The notes under the pieces are model-generated. The model ran no database searches. It was given only the letters and a program-made list of their open reading frames with translations, and was not told the DNA's origin. DNA of 10,073 nucleotides. It comes from an uncultured Aquificales bacterium (GTDB lineage: Bacteria > Thermosulfidibacterota > Thermosulfidibacteria > Thermosulfidibacterales > Thermosulfidibacteraceae). Of this stretch, positions 1 to 6,299 are shown piece by piece. Positions within the stretch are counted from its first letter, which is position 1, and each line of letters opens with the position of its first letter. The translations under genes and the position numbers were made by a program. The DNA lies in assembly GCA_964411615.1 (NCBI GenBank), contig CAYPLO010000049.1, positions 1-10,073 on the forward strand. Direction: 5' to 3'.

Positions 1-1035
1 AACATCTGGCAGCACCACCGTGGCATTGATCGTCGCATTGGCATTCGCCTCTATCGAGGCATTGTAAGTGCCGCTACCTATAGTTTCATTGTTACCATCA
101 ACCTTAACGTAGACCTTCCAATCCACGCTAGAGACCGTAACATTGCCTACATTGGAGATAACAAAGGTCATATTGACACTATCACCAGGGTGCCTGTCAG
201 TAAGTGTTGCATTATCCACCACAACGCTGGACACGGTAAGGTCGGGAAGCTTGAGCGACAATTTGCTAGCGGAGTTGGCCAAATTATTGGCTTCATCCGT
301 CTCGTACACCTGCTTCGCCGCATCAGCTACCGCACAGACGTAGAGATTACCAAGCTCCAACTTACTGTTCTTCAGCTCATCAGCTGAGGGCATCTGAACA
401 TCGAGAGACACGGTATCAGTGCTGTTATTACCATTGAGCAAAGGCACCGTCGCATTGCCCAGCAGAATGGAGCTATCGCCAACAGTTCCATTGCACAGGT
501 AGAAGCTTACCACGAAGGTCGGGGCAACAGAAGTACCGTTGTTGGCAACGGTGGCATTCACCGTAAAGCTGTCACCCGGGCTAAGAGCAGTGGGGTTAAA
601 ATCTACACTCTGAACCGTAAGGTCAGCCCCAGTAACATTCAAAGCTTGACTAGCATAGTTACCCCAGTCTCCGCCACCGGCAACAGCTATGAGATAGACG
701 GATTTGGCGTTCAGCGAAACCACCTGGTCCCTGGTAACATCGAACACGGCGTATCCCGTAGCATTAGCATTTGGCTCAAGGCTCGGGATGGTCACGGAGC
801 CAAGCTCCACCTTCTTAACCTTGGTGGCATTATCAAGGTCGGCCAAACTGGTTATGGTGGAGTTGGTTAGGTAGAAGGTGAGCTGGGTTTCGGGCGAAGG
901 TGTATCCACATCTGGGGTACCGTTGTTAGCCACCACATAGTCCACCCTCAGAGAGAACTGATCATATGCGAGATCGAAATCGGGGTTGGAGGGCCATACA
1001 AGAAAGTCTGATATATTCACTGTCAACTTGTAAAG
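1..1035 (-). repeat. Tandem CARDB/Ig-like domain repeats (about 1035-628, 627-250, 249-<1)
   Basis: A recurring protein-level pattern (D)LTV...V.N.G...V/L.FYL...G...V/I appears at ~125-135 aa spacing. The first copy is more divergent and boundaries are approximate. Confidence 0.75.
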
Positions 1036-2241
1036 CGGAGAGTTTGTGAACTTGTCAAGGTAAGTCAACGTGTCATTTGAAGCCACGCAGTAGTAGGCAC
1101 CTGCAGCATACCTACAGTTATTTACAGTTCCGTTAAGCTCAGAAACCGGCAACTTCTTCCAAACAAAAGACCCGCCGGAGAAGTAGGCAAGGCAGACTCC
1201 CGTGCTGTTGCTGGTGGCAAGAAGAGTATCCGTGGCATTTCCCGCAAGATCACCCGCCGTAGAACCACTGCACGCCACATTGCCCTCACTGCCAAAGAAA
1301 GACTCCTCATAGGAGGAGAAATCCAGAGGCCAGGATATTACACCCACATACCCGCTCTTATCGACAAGAGCATAAACCTTCCCGGTGTTTGCATCATACC
1401 CCAGAAAGCGCAAAATCTTATCGTCACTGCTCAAGCCAGGAACTGTCTGAGGAGATGTTCCATCAACAAGCTTCTGCCAGTACCAGTCTGTGCCGTTTTC
1501 AAAAATCACATAGGCATCATTACCATCAGTGAAAAGGTAAGCAACTTTCTCACCAGCAAGAGTACCGTTTAGGTCAAACACATACTCTCCAGAAGTAGCA
1601 ACGGTTCCCACAGACCATATGGTCTCATTAGCTGTACCATTCCCAGACTTAACAAGAATGGCTAACTTGCCGCCATAAACAACAGATTGAAGATCAAGAA
1701 GCTCATTAGGGCTGGCTATACTAAAGTTTATGTTGCCGACTGTTTCGTTATCCCCAGCTGAGCTGTAATAGACCCTAACCTTCGTTGCATTAGCAGCCAC
1801 CATCAGGCTGGAGCCAAACAGCACCACCCTATCGGAAGAGAAGCTTGTGTCGTTGAAACTCTGAGTACATTTAAAATCAGAGCCGCTTCCAGTACATTCA
1901 AAAAGGAATGTGGCGTTCGTGGCATTCTCCGCAACAGCCACGTATAGACCATCTGCGGTTTTAACCATACCACAGTCGGAAGCGCTGGACACCCCCGTCA
2001 ATTTAGCGTTGTACTGCTCCCCGGAAGGAGTGAAATAGTAGACATGGGTTCCATTGCATGCATACACGTAACCATCAGAAGTCACAAGGCTGTCGTAGGC
2101 CTGCCCTGAAACCGTCTTATTCCAGGAAGAAACATACGCCTCAAAACTTCCCACAGATGCCCGTGCCGACAGCGCCAGCGAGAACAAGAAGACCAGCGCT
2201 ATAAGCGGCACCTCCCACAAAACCCCACGCCGCTTTCTCAT
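1..2241 (-). CDS. Large secreted surface (S-layer/adhesin-like) protein: signal peptide, probable beta-propeller, >=3 CARDB-like Ig domains; C-terminus lies beyond window position 1
   Basis: Hand translation from ATG at 2241-2239 gives 747 codons with no stop down to position 1. SD AGGAGGT lies 5 nt upstream. N-terminus MRKRRGVLWEVPLIALVFLFSLALSARA|SVG is a signal peptide with an A-x-A site. CARDB-type motifs: ADLTVQSVDFNPTALSPGDSFTVNATVANNG, VADAAKQVYETDEANN, LPDLTVSSV..HPGDSVNMTFVISNVGN. Confidence 0.93.
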   Translation of the reverse strand, partial: MRKRRGVLWEVPLIALVFLFSLALSARASVGSFEAYVSSWNKTVSGQAYDSLVTSDGYVYACNGTHVYYFTPSGEQYNAKLTGVSSASDCGMVKTADGLYVAVAENATNATFLFECTGSGSDFKCTQSFNDTSFSSDRVVLFGSSLMVAANATKVRVYYSSAGDNETVGNINFSIASPNELLDLQSVVYGGKLAILVKSGNGTANETIWSVGTVATSGEYVFDLNGTLAGEKVAYLFTDGNDAYVIFENGTDWYWQKLVDGTSPQTVPGLSSDDKILRFLGYDANTGKVYALVDKSGYVGVISWPLDFSSYEESFFGSEGNVACSGSTAGDLAGNATDTLLATSNSTGVCLAYFSGGSFVWKKLPVSELNGTVNNCRYAAGAYYCVASNDTLTYLDKFTNSPLYKLTVNISDFLVWPSNPDFDLAYDQFSLRVDYVVANNGTPDVDTPSPETQLTFYLTNSTITSLADLDNATKVKKVELGSVTIPSLEPNANATGYAVFDVTRDQVVSLNAKSVYLIAVAGGGDWGNYASQALNVTGADLTVQSVDFNPTALSPGDSFTVNATVANNGTSVAPTFVVSFYLCNGTVGDSSILLGNATVPLLNGNNSTDTVSLDVQMPSADELKNSKLELGNLYVCAVADAAKQVYETDEANNLANSASKLSLKLPDLTVSSVVVDNATLTDRHPGDSVNMTFVISNVGNVTVSSVDWKVYVKVDGNNETIGSGTYNASIEANANATINATVVLPDV

Positions 2242-2246
2242 AGAAC

Positions 2247-2253
2247 ACCTCCT
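2247..2253 (-). promoter_or_regulatory. Shine-Dalgarno site (AGGAGGT) of the surface-protein gene
   Basis: The minus strand reads AGGAGGT-gttct-ATG. Confidence 0.85.
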
Positions 2254-2282
2254 GCGTATTTTTCCGTCGCCCTGTACTTTTA

Positions 2283-2299
2283 AGCAAAATCTTTACCAA
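2283..2299 (-). promoter_or_regulatory. Sigma54 (RpoN) -24/-12 promoter for the surface-protein gene
   Basis: The minus strand reads TTGGTAAAGATTTTGCT, an exact GG-N10-GC with TTGC. Predicted start is about 2272, ~30 nt upstream of the ATG. A near-identical copy is at 4640-4656. Confidence 0.75.
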
Positions 2300-2345
2300 C
2301 TTCAAGAGGTGCCGTAGATAGTGGTTTTACGGAGGGGGTGCGGCT

Positions 2346-3851
2346 ATGGGGTGGTTAAATCTGAACAGGTGGTGGTTAATTTTAACCACTTTTGCCCTGG
2401 CACTCTGGTGCACGGCCCTCGGGGCAACGGGGTGGTTCCCGGGGGTAACCCTGTCCAGGAGCCAGGGAGACACGTGGTTCCTCGAGAGGCTGGGAGTTGA
2501 ACGGGTCCGGCAGGCGGTGTGCGGGAGGGGAATCGTGGTTGCGGTGGTGGACTCTGGGGTGGACGCCAAGCATCCGATGCTTGAGGGACACGTCGTGAGC
2601 GAGCTTGCCTACAGCTTCGGGGATAACGGCACGGACGTTTACGATGCCCTGGGCCACGGGACCGGTGTGGCGGGGGCCATCCTTGAGGTGGCACCGTGCG
2701 CCAGGATTCTGCCCCTGAAGGTGAACAGGGGAGGAGAGCCCTTCTTTGACTCTGAGGCCCTGGCCAGGGCCCTCGAGTACGTTGCAAAGCTCCTTCCGGA
2801 GCACCCCGAGATAAGGGTGGTGAACCTGAGCCTCTCCCTGGACGAGCCTGACCCAGAGGTGGAGAGGGCTGTGGAGAGGCTGGTGGAGATGGGGGTGGTG
2901 GTTGTGGCGGCTGCGGGAAACGGCGAGGGGGTGAAGTTTCCCGCATCCCTGCCCGGTGTGGTGGCTGTTGCGGGAACGGATATGTGGGACGGGCCTGCCC
3001 CCTTCTCGGGGCACGGGAAGCAGGTGGTGGTGTCTGCTCCGGCAGAGGAGATAAGGGTTCCGGAGCCGGGTGTAGGGTTCGCCGACATGTACGGCACATC
3101 GGTGGCTGCGGCCCTGGTGTCGGGGGTGGTGGCCCTCCTGGAGGAGGCAGAGGCGGACAACCCGGTTCTGGCCCTTGCCGAGGGCTCAAAGGACCTGGGA
3201 GAGCCCGGATACGACGAGGAGTTCGGCTTCGGAAGGGTGTCGGCCTTCAACTCGGTGCTTGAGGCCCTATCCGGGTGCGGAGCAGCGGTTCCGGGATTCC
3301 TGGAGCTCAGGGAAGGAGAGGCGGAAAAGGTGGTCTTCGGCATGTGGCCCCCTGGAAACGTGAACTTCACAGTTCTGGGGAATGGGGTTGAGGCCCAGGC
3401 AGAGGGGCTGGACGCCGTGATAGTTAGGGGGAGGGATACGGGAGAGGGTGAGCTGCTGCTGTGGGGCTCCTGCGTGCTGAGGGTGGGCTACAGGGTGTCG
3501 GAAAGCCCCAGAGACGTTCTGGAGGTGGTTCCGATAACCAGAGAGGGAGCCGGGAAGAGAGTCTTCTGCTTCTACATTGAGAGCAGAGGCAAGCTCAGAG
3601 GGCTTTACCTTGCGGTTACGGAGGAGACGGAGAGAGGCTTTGAGAGAACCACATACCCGCTGGATGCGGAGGTTGAACCGAACAGGAGACTGGCCTTCTG
3701 CGTAGGGGGCGAGCTGGGAGGGGACGGGCTCAACGAGGTGCTGCTCTGCGCCGAAGGAGAGGGGCACAGGTGTGTAAGGCACACCTTCTACGGCAGGTCC
3801 GCCCTGAGGGGAGAGCTCAGCTCCAGCAGCACCAGACCCGAGGGCAGGTAG
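2346..3851 (+). CDS. Secreted S8 family (subtilisin-like) serine peptidase with ~190-aa C-terminal extension
   Basis: Catalytic Asp (VAVVDSGVD), His (DALGHGTGVAG) and Ser (GTSVAAALVSG), oxyanion Asn (AAAGN), and the domain-end motif DLGEPGYDEEFGFGRV are present. Hydrophobic N-terminal signal ends ALGA. GGAGG lies upstream. Confidence 0.93.
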   Translation: MGWLNLNRWWLILTTFALALWCTALGATGWFPGVTLSRSQGDTWFLERLGVERVRQAVCGRGIVVAVVDSGVDAKHPMLEGHVVSELAYSFGDNGTDVYDALGHGTGVAGAILEVAPCARILPLKVNRGGEPFFDSEALARALEYVAKLLPEHPEIRVVNLSLSLDEPDPEVERAVERLVEMGVVVVAAAGNGEGVKFPASLPGVVAVAGTDMWDGPAPFSGHGKQVVVSAPAEEIRVPEPGVGFADMYGTSVAAALVSGVVALLEEAEADNPVLALAEGSKDLGEPGYDEEFGFGRVSAFNSVLEALSGCGAAVPGFLELREGEAEKVVFGMWPPGNVNFTVLGNGVEAQAEGLDAVIVRGRDTGEGELLLWGSCVLRVGYRVSESPRDVLEVVPITREGAGKRVFCFYIESRGKLRGLYLAVTEETERGFERTTYPLDAEVEPNRRLAFCVGGELGGDGLNEVLLCAEGEGHRCVRHTFYGRSALRGELSSSSTRPEGR

Positions 3852-4615
3852 TAGCAGCCCCCTGAGGAGCAGAGCTGTCTGTAGGCCTCGTCGGCACACT
3901 CCGACGGGGAGGCGTAGAAGGCGTAGAGGCCTGGCTCCCCCAGGAAGAAGTAGCTTCCATCTGCGTAGCGGCCCAGGTAGCTGAAGGCGCCCTTGTCAAG
4001 GGGGACTGCCGTGAGGGTGCAGTTCCCACCCATCCAGCCCAGCACAACGGGAACATTCTGCAGGTCTCCGGCAGGAGCCTCAAGGACCATGGAGATGACG
4101 TAGGCGTTGTAGCTGGTCCCGTTGAGCTCCGCCTGGACCAGGCCGAAGGCCACACCCACCCTGGTGTACAGGGGAAAGAGCAAGGGGGCACCCATGGGTT
4201 TGCCCTCAAGGGCGGATGTCTCAAGCACCTGAAGCAGGCTGTCCAGGGCGTCCTCCGGGGGGATGTAGTTCACGAAGGCGACCGCAGCGACAACTCCGGT
4301 AATCAGGGAAAGGTCAAGTCCCCTTTGTCTGGCCTCATCCTCAAGAGCATCCCTGGAGACCTCAAGGGTGCCGGCGTCAACACAGCGCTCAAGCTGCCAG
4401 AGGGCGAGGGAGGAGAGCTCGTTATCGGGGGTGAGGGGAACACCACCCACAAAGGTTTTCTCAGGATGCACCCCCAGGGTGCGGGCAACCTGCGAGGGGT
4501 GGCTCCTCAGGTGGTTTATGCGCTCCACCACCTCACCGGTGAAGTCGTATAACTGCAGCGCCCAGGAGGACACCGCCACAGTAAGTAGCATTATTATCAA
4601 AACGACCCTTCTCAA
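3788..4615 (-). CDS. Secreted protein (275 aa) with a degenerate CAP/SCP-like domain and a small C-terminal beta domain
   Basis: The start is re-called to TTG at 4615-4613 (AGGAGG 6 nt upstream), giving signal peptide MRRVVLIIMLLTVAVSSWA|LQ. CAP-like segments: EVVERINHLRSHP, PLTPDNELSSLA, LLFPLYTRVGVAFG. The ORF-track extension to 5038 is antisense to gspF. Family call is by eye only. Confidence 0.75.
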   Translation of the reverse strand: MRRVVLIIMLLTVAVSSWALQLYDFTGEVVERINHLRSHPSQVARTLGVHPEKTFVGGVPLTPDNELSSLALWQLERCVDAGTLEVSRDALEDEARQRGLDLSLITGVVAAVAFVNYIPPEDALDSLLQVLETSALEGKPMGAPLLFPLYTRVGVAFGLVQAELNGTSYNAYVISMVLEAPAGDLQNVPVVLGWMGGNCTLTAVPLDKGAFSYLGRYADGSYFFLGEPGLYAFYASPSECADEAYRQLCSSGGCYYLPSGLVLLELSSPLRADLP

Positions 4616-4621
4616 AGAGAC

Positions 4622-4627
4622 CCTCCT
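4622..4627 (-). promoter_or_regulatory. Shine-Dalgarno site (AGGAGG) of the CAP-like gene
   Basis: The minus strand reads AGGAGG-gtctct-TTG. Confidence 0.8.
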
Positions 4628-4639
4628 GCTGTTAAATAT

Positions 4640-4656
4640 AGCAAAATTTTTACCAG
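4640..4656 (-). promoter_or_regulatory. Sigma54 (RpoN) -24/-12 promoter for the CAP-like gene
   Basis: The minus strand reads CTGGTAAAAATTTTGCT (GG-N10-GC), 15/16 identical to the 2283-2298 element. Predicted start is about 4629, just upstream of the SD. Confidence 0.72.
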
Positions 4657-4664
4657 GGGCCAGC

Positions 4665-5876
4665 ATGGGAAGGTTCCAGTACAGGGCCGTAGACGAGAGG
4701 GGAAGGGTTATCAGGGGTGAGATGGAGGCCCCCAGCAAGAGGGATGTGATGGACGCCCTGCACGGGGAGGGGCTCTTCCCCGTTGAGGTGAAGGAGCAGA
4801 AGAGGAGCAGGCGGAGGGTGTGGAGGCTCTTCAGGAGAAGGGTCTCCCAGGAGGACGTGCTGCTGTTCTTCAGGTCCCTGTCCGTTCTCGTGGGCTCAGG
4901 GGTTCCCGTGGACAGGGCACTGTCCATATGCATGGAGGTGGTGGGGGACAGCCCCGTAAGGGGCCTCATTGGAGACGTGCTCATGGAGGTGAGGGGAGGG
5001 GCGTCCCTGAGCGAGGCCTTGGGGAAGTACTCGTCCATATTCTCCCGGTTCTACGTGAACATGATAAGGGCCGGAGAGGCGGGAGGGGTGCTGCCCTTCG
5101 TACTGGAGAGGATATGCAGCCACATGGAGAGGCAGAGGGAGTTCAGGGAGAAGCTGGTGTCCTCCCTGGTGTACCCTGCGTTCCTGGTGCTTACAGCCGT
5201 GGCCTCCGTGGCCGTGCTGATAGTGTTCGTGGTGCCCAGGTTCATGGTGATCTTTGAGTCTGTGAACGCAGAACCCCCTCTGGTGATGGTGGTCCTTGAG
5301 AGGATGGGGCTCTTCTTCAGGAGGTTCTGGCCCGTAATGGCCCTTGCGGCGGTCGCAGCAGTCTACGGGCTGAGGGTCTGGACGAAGAGACCCAAGGGCA
5401 GAAGAAGGGCCTGGGAAGTGCTGCTCTCAGTTCCTGTTGTGGGGGACGTGGCAGTGCAGCTGGAGAGTGCCAAGCTGTGCGGAAACCTCGGGATGCTGAT
5501 ACTCAACGGCGTTCCCATGCTGAAGGCACTCGGCGTGGTCAAGGAGATGTTCCAGAATCCCATCTATCGGGAAGAGATGGAGGAGGTTGAGAGGCTCATA
5601 AGGGAGGGGGAGAGGCTCTCCTCTGCGCTTGCCAGGGGAGGGGGGCTCTGGCACCCCATGGTTCAGGGCATGGTGAGTGTAGGAGAGGAGTCAGGGGAGC
5701 TTGGAGAGATGCTGGTCAGGGTTGCAGAGGCCCTTGAGGGGGAGGTTGAGAAGAGGCTCACCAAGCTGATTTCCGTGATAGAGCCCGTCACGGTGCTGGG
5801 CATGGGGCTGGTGGTGGGCAGTATTGTGGTTTCCATGCTCAGTGCTATATTCAGTGTTAACGAGATGGTGAGGTGA
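4665..5876 (+). CDS. gspF: Type II secretion inner-membrane platform protein (GspF/PilC family), 403 aa
   Basis: The start is re-called to ATG 4665 (MGRFQYRAVDERGRVIRGEMEA is a typical family N-terminus). Motifs: SLSEAL..FSRFYVNMIRAGEAGG, SLVYPAF, VFVVPRF, VGEESGEL, IEPVTVLGMG. Confidence 0.93.
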   Translation: MGRFQYRAVDERGRVIRGEMEAPSKRDVMDALHGEGLFPVEVKEQKRSRRRVWRLFRRRVSQEDVLLFFRSLSVLVGSGVPVDRALSICMEVVGDSPVRGLIGDVLMEVRGGASLSEALGKYSSIFSRFYVNMIRAGEAGGVLPFVLERICSHMERQREFREKLVSSLVYPAFLVLTAVASVAVLIVFVVPRFMVIFESVNAEPPLVMVVLERMGLFFRRFWPVMALAAVAAVYGLRVWTKRPKGRRRAWEVLLSVPVVGDVAVQLESAKLCGNLGMLILNGVPMLKALGVVKEMFQNPIYREEMEEVERLIREGERLSSALARGGGLWHPMVQGMVSVGEESGELGEMLVRVAEALEGEVEKRLTKLISVIEPVTVLGMGLVVGSIVVSMLSAIFSVNEMVR

Positions 5877-5879
5877 GGG

Positions 5880-6299
5880 ATGATGAGGGACGGAAGGGAG
5901 AAGGGTTTTACGCTGATTGAGCTTTTGGTGGTGCTGGTGATACTGGGGCTGCTTGCCGCCCTAGTGGCACCCAAGGTGCTGAACAGGCTGGGGGAGTCCA
6001 AGCAGAAGATAGCCAGGACCCAGATAGACATGCTATCGGCGGCCCTGGACCAGTTCAAGCTGGATGTGGGCAGGTACCCCACGACGGAAGAGGGACTGAA
6101 GGCCCTCGTAGAGAACCCCGGTGTACCCAACTGGCACGGGCCCTACCTGAAGAAGAGGAAGATACCCAAGGACCCCTGGGGCAGGGACTACATCTACAAG
6201 TGCCCGGGGGAGCACGGGGACTACGACCTCTACTCCTTAGGGGCCGATGGCAAGCCCGGAGGAACGGGGGAGAACGCCGACATAACCAGCTGGGAGTAG
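5880..6299 (+). CDS. gspG: Type II secretion major pseudopilin
   Basis: Prepilin site KG|FTLIELLVVLVILGLLAALV, plus LDVGRYPTTEEGLKAL, W.GPYL, DPWGRDYIY and YSLGADGKPGGTGENADI. The start may be 5880 or 5883. Confidence 0.96.
   Translation: MMRDGREKGFTLIELLVVLVILGLLAALVAPKVLNRLGESKQKIARTQIDMLSAALDQFKLDVGRYPTTEEGLKALVENPGVPNWHGPYLKKRKIPKDPWGRDYIYKCPGEHGDYDLYSLGADGKPGGTGENADITSWE

Noticed and set aside
143..1310. Short ORFs 143..343, 190..387, 646..870 (+) and 1122..1310 (-)
   Set aside because: They are antisense or out-of-frame shadows of the long minus-strand surface-protein CDS.
2218..2241. Possible Tat motif (K-R-R-G-V-L) in the surface-protein signal peptide
   Set aside because: It lacks the consensus Phe/Lys and the h-region is strongly hydrophobic and Sec-like. 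Not excluded; SignalP 6 would decide.
2292..2320. Possible sigma70 promoter TTTACC-N17-TAGATA for the subtilase
   Set aside because: Both hexamers match weakly, and the -35 candidate is already explained by the opposite-strand sigma54 motif.
2346..2430. Lipoprotein signal in the subtilase (LALWC)
   Set aside because: Trp at -1 does not fit the lipobox [LVI][ASTVI][GAS]C. Signal peptidase I cleavage after ALGA is more plausible.
2327..3899. Long minus-strand ORFs (2344..3189 Pro-rich, 2382..3014, 2639..3370, 3267..3899)
   Set aside because: They are antisense shadows of the G-rich subtilase gene. The Pro/His richness reflects the C-rich complement, and no family motifs are present.
4368..5038. 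ORF-track starts at 4368 (gspF) and 5038 (CAP-like gene), implying a 670-bp divergent overlap
   Set aside because: Better starts with SD sites and family-typical or signal-peptide N-termini exist at 4665 (+) and 4615 (-), which removes the overlap.
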